Source: Octopus sinensis (Eukaryota). From it: DNA of 64,000 nucleotides. The notes beneath the pieces were generated by a model. The model saw only the letters and a program-made list of their open reading frames with translations. It did no database searches and was not told the origin of the DNA. Every line of letters begins with the position of its first letter. Position 1 is the first letter of the stretch. The stretch is from assembly GCF_006345805.1 (NCBI RefSeq), contig NC_042998.1, forward strand, positions 111,352,001 through 111,416,000, written 5' to 3'. Below are positions 24,875 through 38,200 of the stretch, piece after piece. The position numbers and the translations under genes are program-made.

Positions 24875-25514
24875 AGGATTAGAGGACATTTCACATACAT
24901 TGAAAGGATACCAGTGGGGTATCCATGACACGAATTCAATAAATGCAAGAAGCACAACAGACAGGTATGATGATATAGAAAGGAAACTACGCAGAGCAGA
25001 GCTGTTGAAATCAGTTGTCCAGCAGATGGCAGCATAATGTTAATGAAAATCAAGATAAAAGACATCTATGCTGAACTGATTGGAAATTTGTAGTCACACC
25101 ATCTAGACTATAATTTTAGATTTCAACTAATAATTACTAGAGCACTTGGCAGTCTATTAACTGCCTCAGTACCAATTTTGGGAAGGTAGATTCTACAAAA
25201 CCAGCAAGAACATGATTAATCGAACGGTTACAGTTAAGACCTATCAAAGCTACTAACATGTAAAGCATTAAGTTCAGCATGTATTGAGATCTACATATGC
25301 AATGTATATAGATCTTCTTACATAAGATATTACATGCATTGCAGATCTTATGCAATCTATAATGAGTATATATATGCATTTGTGCATCCATGTACATGTT
25401 CGTATGCATACGTATATGCATATACGCATACATTCCTACATGTGCGCATAAAATCTTCTTGTTTTCTATTGTCTAAATTCCAGTGAAATTGTTTTGTTTT
25501 TGTTTTTACTCGTA

Positions 25515-25900
25515 AGGGTGGCGAGCTGGCAGAAACGTTAGCACGCCGAGCGAAATGCTAAGCAGTATTTCGTCTGTCGCTACATTCTCAGTTCAAATTC
25601 CGCCGAGATCGACTTAGCCTTTTATCCTTTCGAGGTCGATTAAATAAGTACCAATTACGCTCTGTTGTCGATATAATCGACTTATTCCGTTTGTCTGTCC
25701 TTGTTTGTCCTCTCTGTGTGTAGCCCTTGTGGACAGTAAAGAAATAAGAATCGTTAGTACTCCGGGGAAAATGCTTAGCGGTATTTCGTCCATCTTTACG
25801 TTCTGAGTTGAAATTCCGCTGAGGCCGACTTTACCTTTCATCTTTTCAAAGTCGATAAGATAATAACCAGTGAAGAAAAGGAGTCGATGTAATCGACTTA
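25515..25900 (+). mobile_element. SINE family 1 dimer (head-body-tail B, re-entry at the A box, second body)
   Basis: GGCGAGCTGGCAGAAACGTTAGC..CCCTTGTGGACAGTAAAGAAATAAG|AATCGTTAGTAC..TTCTGAGTTGAAATTCC. Confidence 0.85.
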
Positions 25901-26221
25901 TGCTCTCTTCGGAAATGATCGGAAGAACAAAACTATGAAAACTCAAGTTTAAAATTCGACATTACTTTGTCATCTACATTGCAACGAAGAAGCTTTGTAT
26001 CGTTTTCGAAAGACGCTTATAGTGATGTCAGGGTTGTCATTTTATAGTGGTAATGTCGATTAAATGACACACTATAATTTAATGAATATGAGAGACAGAT
26101 GGGTCACTATCTTGTGCCTAACAACAAGTAAATAGAAATTCCCGAGACGTTTGTAATAAGTCAAATCATATTTATTACTGGAGGTAATGCGTTAACATAT
26201 AAGGTTAATTGAAGGAAAGCT

Positions 26222-26538
26222 TGTAACATGACATGAATATATTCTGTTTACAATCACATATCTCCAAGTAAATGAGAGTAAATGAGACGAACGTGCGTGC
26301 GTGCCGGTATGTATGTGGTGGCTTGAAGCAAATGCCTGTGGAAGAATCAACAGACTCTGAGTGGCGCGAATTTAGAAATTCCTTCCTTTATATAAGGGAT
26401 CAACCGGAAGTCCCCGACTTCCACGTAAACCGGAAGATTCCAGAATGTTCGAAAACTTTCTAGAAGCTCGAAAAAGATTACTCTCGTTAAATCCCTTTTC
26501 CGTTTTGCTTCCTAAAGTGACCACCAGGGTTCACTACA
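26222..26538 (-). mobile_element. Solo LTR (317 bp), Gypsy-like
   Basis: TGTA...TACA inverted termini and a perfect 4-bp TSD AGCT (26218-26221 / 26539-26542). Internal TATA box, ETS-like and HSE-like motifs. Orientation is inferred. Confidence 0.8.
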
Positions 26539-26965
26539 AGCTCATTCCTTCACTTAAACATCAAACTATTAATAATCAAAGAGAACATGCATACAGACTT
26601 AAATACGTTGGCACATTATGACCGAATGGTTAACAAGTATGTTTTTCTAAGACAGGGTTCGATTCCTAAGTGGCGACTTGACTAAGTCAAATTTACTATA
26701 GCCTCTGGTCGACCCATACTTTATCAGTGGAATGAAATAGACGGAAAACCATCGAACGGACTGTAATTTTGATACAAATATCCAGTCTTATCATGCCCAG
26801 TGCCACGCTGCTTCTGCCTGAAAATTACGTTCAACGTAAACGATTGTGTGGATTTCTCAGTCTCTTATTAGTTAATTCATTGAAATAGAAATACAGTTCA
26901 CCGAGTAACTGAAAATTCATTGAAAGAAGAAATTCTTATGAGCATCGTCATACACACAAATATAC

Positions 26966-26999
<34 letters not shown>

Positions 27000-28025
27000 T
27001 AGTGTGTGCGTAAGCTTATAACAATGTAACATGTAACGTTTATATGCGAGTGTGTGTGTGTGTGTGAAGACAAATCTAAATTATTTTTTTTAGACACTCA
27101 CAATATAACTATATATGAAAACTAAAATACTTGTAATACATAACACAGTTTCAGGTGAAAGCGTGATAATGAATGAGTATAACTATTCACATGAAGGCGG
27201 TGTGTTTATGTCTTTCAACGTTGGATCTGTAAACATGCGTGAATGCATGTGTGCGTGTGTGATTACATAAAATGATAATATTATCTAATAGTATTAAAAC
27301 TACTCACAGATAAAATCAACATTGAAAAATAGTGGTATTCATATACGCATACGTGTGTTTATATGCATATACGTGTGCAGTATTCACATGTGTATTATTG
27401 AGTGTGTCCACGTGTGTGCTTGTATAATGTGTGTTGTGTAAAACTGTCTCTGTATGTATAATTCAACCAATACACATGCCAACAAAAGCTATAAGAACTA
27501 CAGCTAGTCGTCCGAAACAAACTAACAAAAACAGACACAAATAAACCGTCAGCATCAACAACTAGAACAACCTCAAGAACATCAACAGCACAAACAATAG
27601 CTGTATAACAATGAAGTAAATAAATAAATTAAAGAAAAATAAGAGAAAAGACTGATGGCGTGTTTCCTTACCAGCTTGTAATGAAGATGTGTAGGATAAA
27701 AGAGAAGATGATACGAATGATAAAGTAGCTGTCTTGAACATACTTCTTGCTGGAACCTGACTTTATGAAGATTAGGTCGACGAAACAAATAGTAAAGACC
27801 AGCGTAAGTGAGATGTAGAGGGAGAGAAGGAAGGAGATGAGAGGACAGAGTAAAACAGATAGGAAGAGGAAGAAGAGATACATACATACCTACATACATA
27901 CATACATACATACATACATACATACATACATACGTACGTACATAAGTATATAAGAAGGAGGAACGAGAGGAAAAAATGAGAAAAGTCAGCAAGAAAAAAA
28001 AGTTTCAAAGCAGAAGTACAAGAAA

Positions 28026-28089
<64 letters not shown>

Positions 28090-28319
28090 AATTCCCAAAG
28101 AAACAAAAAATATGAATAAACTAAGAGAATAAAGAAGCGAAGGAAAAACGAAAGCCAGTGGAAGAGAGAATAAAATATGATAAAGAAATGCAATCAAAAG
28201 ATTAATATTGACTTGTCTGCTATTGTTTCTGTTAGTAAAAAAAAACAGATTTGTTGGAACGACCGCCTCTTGAAATGTTTCGAACGGGATTGTTATACGC
28301 TGTTTATATTTCTGTTTGT

Positions 28320-28710
28320 AGTTTAAATTAAACTATATTTCATGTCTTCTACTTAATATTAAGTTCTTCAAGTATTCCGAGTTGAGAGAAGTCAACAGTT
28401 ACTAACATTGATAGAACTAAACTATAATATTTCTTGTCTTCTCTGTGTTGATTCTGGAAGTGAAACTTCGTTAAGAGGAGTCAGTAGTTACTAACACCAT
28501 TAGAACTAAACTATTTATATTTCTTGTCTTCCACTCTATGTTGATTCCTGAAGTGAAACTTCGTTAAGATGAACCAGCGGTTACTAAGTCTGTTGAGGCT
28601 AAATTAATATTCCTTGCCTTCCACTCTATGTCGGTTCTTCAAGTAAAACTGCTTTGGGAGAAGTCAATTACTATATATTTTTTCTTCCTCACTATGTTCT
28701 TCAAATGGAA
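28320..28710. repeat. Diverged ~90-bp minisatellite, about 4.5 units
   Basis: TTCTTGTCTT-like anchor at about 28339, 28431, 28521 and 28611. Confidence 0.8.
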
Positions 28711-29859
28711 TGATGTAATGGAACCAACATATACTAATACTGTTGCTTACTTTTCATGTGTATCGTAAACATCAAGCATTGAAGCCTATTTTTTTTTCTT
28801 TTGCATTGTCTGGCTTTTTTTTTTGTCAGAGATGAAACTGTATAGTAAATTCTGATTTTGTATTTATTATTATTGCTACTGTTGTTATCGGTTTCTGTGC
28901 TGTATTGGTTGTTATTGCTGCTGTTGCTGGTGCTGGTGCTGATCTGTTTCTTGTTCTTAGTGTTGTGGTGATTGTTACAATTGCTTTTTGAATATAATAT
29001 TGCAAAAGTATACAATACCATATATATATATATATATATATATACACTGTATGCTGAACATAATGAACAGTTACAGAATTATAGAAAATACTGTAATAAC
29101 ATTATAAAACATTAATATATTTTTTAGACAATTATGTGTAAAACTTGATATTTCTGGTAGTGCTGTTGCAGCTGCTCTTCGTGTTATCTTTGCTTTGCTA
29201 AGGTAATTGTTGTTGTTGCTAGTGTTCATGTGGTTGTTATTTTTGCAGGAGCTCTTGTGGCTCTTATTATCGCTGTTGATGTTACTGTAATTAGTATTGT
29301 TGTTGTACATATTGCTGTCACTGACGCTGTGCTGGGTTGTTACCGTTGTCGGTATCATTGATATCGTTCTTACTGTTCCTCATTCTTGCTGGTGTTGCTA
29401 ACGTTGTTAGTGTTGAAGATGCTGCCGTTGATATCATTTTGGTGGTGTGATATTGTCGTAATCATTGCGTTTGCTTATGTTGTTATAGTTGAATTTGTTA
29501 GTGTTATTATTGTTGTTGTTGCAATTTTTGTCAGTTCGTGTTTGTAATCGAATGTTTATTCTTATTGCTGTCATTTATTCTATTTTATATCGCGCTAGCG
29601 ATTCTTCGCCTTCGCTACTGTTGCGTTAATTGTAGTGATAGCGTTAGTTCGTGGAGTTGAAGTGGTTTCAGAAAGTGTTGGTGATGATAGCTGGAGGACG
29701 GCCCTACTGCTGCCACTACTACGAGTGATAATTATAATTTTTTTTTTATTCATGTTAGCTCATCCCCTCTGAATCATTTCAACTCAGAATGTATAGCTGG
29801 AAGAATTTCGGCGTGCTAATGATTCTGCCAGCTTGCCGCCTTACTAAGAGTGAAAACAA

Positions 29860-30043
29860 TTCTTTTTACTATGGGCACAAAGCCTGAAATTTGTGGGGAG
29901 AGACACTAAGTCGGATTATATCGACACCAGTGCTCAACTGGTTCTTGTTTTATGGAAAGGAGGAAATACAAAGTCAACTTCGGCGGAATTTGAACTCAGA
30001 ACGTAAAGACGGACGAAAAAATGATTCTGCCAGCTCACCGCTT
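29860..30043 (-). mobile_element. SINE family 1 monomer with tail A, internally deleted
   Basis: Reverse complement of the head, B box and GGCTTTGTGCCCATAGTAAA tail. A separate head fragment lies at 29790-29842. Confidence 0.75.
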
Positions 30044-30059
30044 TACAACGAGTGATAAT

Positions 30060-30487
30060 AGTTTCAAATTTTGACAGAAGGCCAATCATTTCGAGGTAGG
30101 GAGAAAGTCAATTACATCGACTCCATTGCTTCACTGGTAGTTATTTTATCGACCCCGAAAAAATGTAAAGTAAGTCGACCTTAGCAGAATTTGAACTCTG
30201 AACGTAAAAATTGGCAAAAAGTCGCTAAGCATTTTGCCTGGGGTACTAACGATTGTTATTTCTTTACTCCTCACAAGGGGCTACACACAGAGGGGACAAA
30301 CAAGGACAGACAAACGGATTAAGTCGATTACATCGACCCCAGTGCGTAAATGGTACTTATTTAATCGACCCCGAAAGGATGAAAGGCAAAGTTGACCTCG
30401 GCGGAATTTGAACTCAACGTAACGGCAGACGAAATACCGCTAGGCATTTCGCCCAGCGTGCTAACGTTTCTGCCAGCTTGCCGCCGT
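30060..30487 (-). mobile_element. SINE family 1 dimer (tail-B unit plus tail-A unit)
   Basis: Two body copies separated by tail B at about 30255-30320. Confidence 0.85.
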
Positions 30488-31129
30488 TACAGATAAAAAT
30501 AATGATTGTACAAATTTGTGTTATATCTATAGCATGTACTAAGAATAACATAATTCTAATAAGTTTAATTTTTCCTTTGTCTTTTGTTTTATATGTATAA
30601 CTGTCATTTGTGTATATCGTTGTTGCTATACTATGAATAATGCTACTACTTCTATTGCTGTTGTTTCTTCTAATGTTGCTACCACTATTACTGCGACTGT
30701 TTTTGCTATTGCTTCAAGATTTGAGGAACACAATTAGTCTTCTGAATTAATTATGATGTAACGCGTTATTTTTCTCTAAGTGACTTTCTGGATTTTTATT
30801 TTTTTATTAAACCTGTTCTAATTGGCCAAGCTGAGATGAAGAAATAAGCAAACCGTGTGGGAGTATTATTCAAATGACAGGGCCAAAGAATAAGGCTTTA
30901 TGGGATAAATCTTCCTCGAAACACACCTTACAGTCTTAAGCGAAAAGATGTATTTTGTGCATTGTAATCCTAGACACAGTCTGTGTAATACGAAAATGGA
31001 ATGGCAATAAAGGTGATTAACCATAGATACACTTGGGGCTAATTTAGGATTAAAACAACTTCAGCAATAACAACAACTACTACTACAACGACGATGATGA
31101 CGATGATTACGATTATATTGATCATTTCT

Positions 31130-31510
31130 ACTAAAAGCGCAAGGCCTGACATTTTGAGGGGAGGCACTAGTTTATTGCATCGACTGCTTGACTGGTACTT
31201 ATTTTATCTACCCCGAAAGGATAAAAAGGCAATATCGACCTCGGCGGAATTTGAACTAAGAACGTAAAGACGAGCGAAATACCTATTTCTTTACTACCCA
31301 CAAGGGACTAAACACAGAGAGGACAAACAAGGACACACAAACGGAATAAGTTGATTATATTGACCCCAGTGCGTAACTGATACTTATTTAAACGACCCTG
31401 AAGGGATGAAAGGCAAAGTCGACCTCGGCGGAATTTGAACTCGGAACGTAGCGGCGGACGAAATACCACAAAGCATTTAGTCCAGCATGCTTATCATTCT
31501 GCCAGGCAAA
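31130..31510 (-). mobile_element. SINE family 1 dimer (tail-B unit plus tail-A unit)
   Basis: Same architecture; junction AAAGAAATAGGTATTTCG on the minus strand. Confidence 0.85.
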
Positions 31511-32519
31511 ATGTCATGCAGTATTTTTCCGGCTTTTTAAAATTCTGCGTTTAAATCCTGTTGAGGTATTTTGCCTTTTATCTTTCCAGCGATGATGCCA
31601 ATTTACAATGTTATATGGTACACTAGCTCTCAGATGGCAAGTCAAATGATACATCAGTTTAGCGTACTTTGCCGTATCATCATAATTATCTATCAGTATC
31701 ATGCCAACAGAATACAGTCATACACACTTAATTTGAACGCGATAATTACCATTATTGTATCTCTGCTAAAGGTGCAGCGTATTCATATACACACATTCTC
31801 TCGGAAAAGGTATAAAACAAAAAGAAAACCGTAATTGCAGTCTTAAAATAATTTAAAATTGATTAAAGATTTCTGAACTCTTAATCATATCTTCTGTTTA
31901 TTTTTGTCTAATTTCTAATTATCCGTGAATGTTAAATTAGTTCACACATTTCAGAACACAGAAATTTTGAGGTAACATTTTCTTTCGTTTCATTATTGTT
32001 TTTTTAACTCAACGTTAATCAGCCCTGATCGAAAAGTCCTGTGTTATTTCGTCCTGTATTTAGACGTAGCATATCCAGGACAGTGTAATAAAAATAACCT
32101 TTTCTTTTAAAAGGTAATAGGACATCGTGAGACACGGCAAATATTTCGAGCCTATCGAATGACATCATGTATGTTCCGGCATATGTTGACATTGTTTATG
32201 CTGCTTACTGGGGTTTTTTTTAAATTTATTTTGTATGTGTATCCCTTTATTTCATAAAGACAAATATTATTTAGAGGTCTAAGTTGGGCATCCTGACCCA
32301 TTATGTAAAGTCACTGGTTTGATTGGGTATTTCCATCTAACGCCTTCTTCATATTCTCGGGAAAAAACTATAACCTTTGCAGTCTTGTATGTCTTTCTAT
32401 ACAGTCATTATATGTTCTACTACAACAAGGAATCAGTCAATGCTGTTGCATTCCAAATAAACCAAATACAATAAATCAAAACTCATGGATTATATTATAA
32501 ATAAGGATTATAAGGTTTT

Positions 32520-32760
32520 ACATAGGTATGGCTGTGTGGTAAGAAGTTTGCTTCCCAACCACACGATTCAAGTTTCAGTCCCACTGAATGGCATCTTAGC
32601 CCTGGACTAATCAAAGGCTTGTGACTGAATTCAATAGACGGAAGCTGAAAATAGCCAATCGTTAATATGTATGTAGGTGTGTGTATGTTTGGGCACGCGC
32701 GTGTGTCTATGTATGTATTCTTTGTGTTTGTCAACCACTGATGGTAAGTTTACATCATCT
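32520..32760 (+). mobile_element. SINE family 2, partial copy
   Basis: GGCTGTGTGGTAAGAAGTTTGCTTCCCAACCAC..CAGTCCCACTG..AAAGGCTTGTGA. Further degraded copies near 8360 (-), 26620, 40950 and 56590. Confidence 0.75.
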
Positions 32761-33013
32761 TACTTAGCGGTTCAGAAAAGCAACCCAAAGATCACGCACG
32801 CATGCAGACACACACACACACACACACATAAACTCAATCCGAAATCATCGATGATTTGACACTCCACGTTTGCTGTACGAAGGCTGGTCTTACTTGTCAG
32901 TCAATAGACAAGTGTTTGCTCGTGGCCAAGAGTTGTTTTGCCTCTTATTTCTAGCAATGCTGGTACTGATTTGAACTCTTAGTCACTTAGTGACGTTTGT
33001 ATATGTATATATG

Positions 33014-34272
33014 TAGGGTGTGGTGAATAAATTGTCGAATAAATTACGCAAAAATGAAAAATAACACCGACATCTCATTTTAACAGGTATATTTACCAAA
33101 ACTACATAAAGATAGCTTGAAATACTAAAAAGTAAATTAGTTCAATAAAATCGTCATTGGCTTCAACCACGGCCTCCAGACGACTTCGGAATCTCCTGCA
33201 ACTCTTCTAGACGGTCTCCTTGTTTGTTTAAGTTGGTAAATGCTGCCATAATCTTTGGTGTTACAAGGAGTTCTGTTGGTCTCTCGCTCAACTGCGCCCC
33301 ACACATAATAAAGGGGTTTGTAGTCTGGAGAGTTAGGTGGCCAGATGGTAGAAATTGTCTGACTACCATAAGTGGGTTCTCCTGCTTGGATGACATTGTG
33401 CAGAGTCATGTTGCCAGACATAGGATCTTCCAGCAGCTACCTCCTTGACCCAAGGCAGCACTGCCTCCTCCAAGCACTTGATGTAGGCCTCCATGTTGAG
33501 TATGAGGCTTTGTAGGAAGATGGAGGCATAACGTCGCCATCACTAGTGATCATTCAAAACACTATGATGTTGGCTGAATGTTTGGTTTTTATCATTCTCG
33601 GTACATGTTTTGTGGACACGGCAAGCCAACGATCGTTCTGAGTTCACCATCTGACCCTGGCACAAATTTTTCTCGTCTGAGAAACCAAAGCATGTTCGGT
33701 TAGAAGGGGTGCTTGAGTTTGTTCAAAAACTTTGCAGCGCGGTCTTTCCTCTTGTCCTTGGTGTCTTGGTATAGAAATTGGCCCTTTCTCATATTGTATG
33801 AGGAATACCGAAGGCCTTCATGCACCACCTGCCTGATGAAAAACTCAGACACTCCCAGGTCCCTGGCCAGGGACCTGATTGACTTGGAGAGATTGTTGTC
33901 AATCATGGCCTTGATCTCACCAACAAATTCAGGAGTTCTTTTCTTATTAGAACGATCAGAGTGAGTTTTCCGATCAGTTGTACCTTCGTAATCACCATTA
34001 GTCTCATCCAACTTTTTCCGAATCCTCTGCACTCTCCTCAGATTGTCACCCGAACACTCTGGAATGTTCGTATTGGAGCTTTCGTCGCCAATGCCAAGCA
34101 GTACAGCCTTGTCGTTTCCAAATTTCTGGTAGAGTGAATGACGTCATAGTGGTGATTTTTCACAAACGGTGCGCAACTAACCCTACTCTACTGTTTAGTC
34201 GACAAAATCAAAAACAAATAATTCGCAAGTGCTAAAGATATAAAATAGCGACAATTTACCCATTGCACTCTG

Positions 34273-34274
<2 letters not shown>
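33014..34274 (-). mobile_element. Decayed Tc1/mariner transposon, DD37D (maT/Bmmar1-like) type
   Basis: Frameshifted transposase: SIRSLARDLGVSEFFIRQVVHE (HTH), WF(F)SDE-like, WQHDSAQCH, WPPNSPD, YVWGAVER. Degenerate TIRs share (C)AG(A/G)GTG..TAAATTGTCG and are flanked by TA. Confidence 0.9.
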
Positions 34275-34338
<64 letters not shown>

Positions 34339-35011
34339 GTATATATACATACGCACACACACATGTGCACGCATGTGCGTATAAGAGAGAAGCAACGCCA
34401 ATTTAAGCCTTCTTATTTTCCACAGGGAGGACGTAAAGACAAATATAAGCACCAAAACAAAGGAAAGCTAAAACATATGTCGATGACGCTACTGACTTGA
34501 AAGTGCAGGTGATGTCTGAAGAAGGTGCTCGTGTTCTCAAAATAAAGGCTCCATAGGTGGAGCGTCTTTTGGTATGGTCTAGTTTGAAATATGTCTTATC
34601 TGTTGAAGTGACGGCAACATTCAAATGTTATATAGAATATTGGCACTCGAATGGAAATACATATGAAGGACATAGGGAATCGTTAACAGTACAGGAATGG
34701 TAATGTTCGACGCTTATAGTAGAAGTGGAATATTATACGAATACAGTTAGATCCACAATGGCCTACTTGGTTGGCCTTCGATGTAGAAATAATAATGAAA
34801 CGGCATCACAAACTAGAGATGGAAGCAGAAAATACATTGCTATAGATATGATAGAGTCGTATATGAGAGAAAGGCAAAATCCAAGAACGAACGACAAAAT
34901 TTTTTGCAAGTATGAAACAATTTAGTTACTGTACTGTTGGTGTGGTTACAGCTACATCAGGCTCGGTAAGGTGGCTGCTTGGATAGTAAATAAAAGAAAG
35001 CATTATACAGT

Positions 35012-35230
35012 AAAGCGGCGAGCTGCAGAAACGTTAGCATGGCGGGCGAAATGCTTAGCAGTATTTCGTCGGTCTTTACATTCTGAGTTCAAATTCCGCT
35101 GAGGTCGACTTTGCCTTTCATCCTTTCGAGATCGATAAATTAAGTACCAGTTGCGTTATGAGGTCGATCTAATCGACTGCCACCTCCCCAAAACTTTTGG
35201 GCCTTGTGCCTAAAGTAGAAAGGATTATAC
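35012..35230 (+). mobile_element. SINE family 1 monomer with tail A
   Basis: GCGGCGAGCTGCAGAAACGTTAGC..GAGTTCAAATTCC..GGGCCTTGTGCCTAAAGTAGAAAGGATTAT. Confidence 0.85.
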
Positions 35231-38200
35231 AGTATAGCCCAGAGATTCTCTGACAGCATCAATATTGACCGACAATACTGGAGAGACAGCAACATTTGCG
35301 AAAGGCGCCGAAGTGCTTTTGATCTCCAATCGACAGCCGATTACAGGGGTGACCCGTAGTGCAAGCTTTATACGAAATATAATTATCTAACTCGGTGAGT
35401 GCGTGTTTGTGTGTGTATGCATGTGTGTATGTATGTATTATGCATGTATTTATATGTATATACACGTTTCTATGTATGTGTATCTGTATTTTTGCAAGTA
35501 TGAGAATGAGAGAATATTCATTATTTTTCATATGCAGAGACGAGGTCTGTATTAGTTTCATAATACGAGTGCGCGTGCATGCGCATTTGCGAGAGAGAAA
35601 CAAATGGAAGCGATGGGGAGGGAGACAAAGAGAGAATATGAGAGAGAGAAAAGAAGAGAATGATAATATATTTCTTGACATTCATTCAATTAAGAAGCCC
35701 ATTTCGACCTCGACAAGAGTCGATAGAATTCACTGACATCTTGGCAAAGACGACTTAATGTCCAATATTAAACAGAAAGTGAAATATTTTAGACAAACTT
35801 ACTAACAATGAAGTCTGTGTCTGTATGATTCTGTGTAACTAGAGAATTGGTAGATGGAATTATGAGTCCTGTGATTCTCTCTTCTGACTTCCGACAACTC
35901 CTTTTCACCCTCCTCGCATCATTGTTTGCGAAATTCAATGCTATATTATATTTGATGGTCTGTAAGAAGAATTCATAACTTCCAACAATAATTTGCATGT
36001 GTGTGTGTGTATATATGTGTGTGTATGTATGTATGTATGTGTGCGTGTATGTGAGTGAGTGTGTGTGCGTGTGTGTGTGAGTGTGTGTGTATGTGTGTGT
36101 GTGGTTATGAGTTTATAGAACTTTGTCGTAGGAAATACATATAATTATTAAGCCAGTGTTTGGGTCTGTCTATGTGCAAATTCATATATACATATATATA
36201 TATATATTTATCTAAGTACATATTTATGTGTGCATGCATGTATTTATATATGAATACATGTTTTCTATGTATGTATGCATGTATGTTTGTATATACAGAT
36301 TTTGTGTCTAAATAAGAAACCATTATATACATGCATAAAGACACACATACATACATACATACATACATACATACATACATACATACATACATACATACAT
36401 ACATACAAACATACAAAATATGTTATAACTACTGATGCATGTGGTGACTTTCTGTCTCGTTTTTCTATCCGAGTGTTTGCCTCTATCCCTATGCAGAGCT
36501 GTATCTAAAAGATTTATATGGGCTCTCGTTGGGGCAAATAAAAACTACGTCCTTTCGAAATTTAGCCATATTATGAAAAGCAACTCGGTCATCATCTCTG
36601 TAGTGTGTGTTCTATTGATTTTCCTAGAGTTATCAAAAGCTATGACTTCGTGTTGATACTAAATAGTATATGAGATCGGGAAAAGGTGGTTATTATATCC
36701 TTCTTATAGCTGTTAAATTTATTATCAAGGAATAATAAACAATTACCGTTGGCTTGTTATGAGTCATCAAGGACAAAATGCTATATATGCTGGTGATTCA
36801 TTGAGGGCAAATAACTATACGTGCTTGTAGATCATTGACGATACATGTTATATATGCTGATGAACACTTCTGGTTACTAATTACGCAGGCTAGCGAACCA
36901 TGGATTGCTTTTGAGTATTCTGTCTTGTAAAATGTTGATGTCTAACAGCTGTACATTTTGTAAGGGTCTTCATGAATAAATGGTACATATACAGTCCGGC
37001 AAGGAAAGAGTGATTAGTATCTACGTAGATTTTGAGTCCTTAATGACTAATAACAAAATATGCTGGTGAGTCATTGACGGCAAGAAAATTGGTGTATCAT
37101 TGATGACTAGTAATTATATGCACTATCGAACTATTGATAATTAGTAAGTGTGACTAGTGACTCATTGGTGGCCAGCGAATATACATGTATGGGTGTTATT
37201 GATGGCCAACAATTCTAAAGCCGTTAAGTCACAGATACCTAGAAGTTGTCAGGTTGTGGAGTTATTGATAACTAGTAGCTATATAAGCCAGTGTGTGATT
37301 GATAATTGGAAGAGCCAGTGATTATATGTCCCCATACAGGTTATTGGCCTATTTGATGATTTGTAGCTATACAGATTGTTGGCTTATTGATGTTTCGGAG
37401 ACATACAGTTTGTTGGCTCGTTGACAAACAGGCTTATTGCTATCTTTTCCGACTAGTCTATGTTGACAAGTTTGCTATTTCATTCCGATATATACGTTAA
37501 ATATAGTGTAGCACGGTGAAGCTTATGTCATGCATAGAGGTCAGTCCTGACTGAGCAAACTAATGATCAAAAGTTTTTCATCCGTTACCATCCTTTCTTT
37601 GATTTGGGCACTTGAGGCATGTTTCCTCTATTTTGCAAAGTCAGTGGAGTGGAACTTGAAACTTTGTCTATTTCTAGCAAGTACAGTAGTTTAAAATCTG
37701 TTGTTCTTACCGTGGCCTGTAGGGCCATTGTCGCTGAACACTTAAGGAAACATTCATTAATTACATAATACTCATGTTGCTGGCTCTATAGGCTATAACT
37801 GCTTATGGTATAGGTAGTTATTACCTACACATATATAGTGTATATTTGTATCTGTATATAATATATAGTATTCTGATCCACGAGACTTTACGAGATTGAA
37901 GCTTGCCGGTCACTGAACCTTGTGTTATTTATGTAATACTCCATCAATACTATTACATAGTTTGTTAATTGATGGCTGATTAGTTACTGATTGGTGATTA
38001 ATTAGCAATTTATTAGTAACTAATTGTTGATTGATTAATAACAATAATGAACACTAAACGAATGTGGCTACCACAGTGTATCATAAATATTCCATTAGTT
38101 TCAGTCTGATGACTACTTTACATTCTTAACATATTGTCATTGATGTTGAAGTTGTTTAACCCCAAGTCAGCACAGATCGAACCAGCCTATGATGAGAAGA

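Noticed and set aside
27668-27883. Exon of a membrane protein (hydrophobic frame ending at G|GTAAGG on the minus strand)
   Set aside because: No recognisable family, no partner exons, and the hydrophobicity is partly due to the CT-rich flank.
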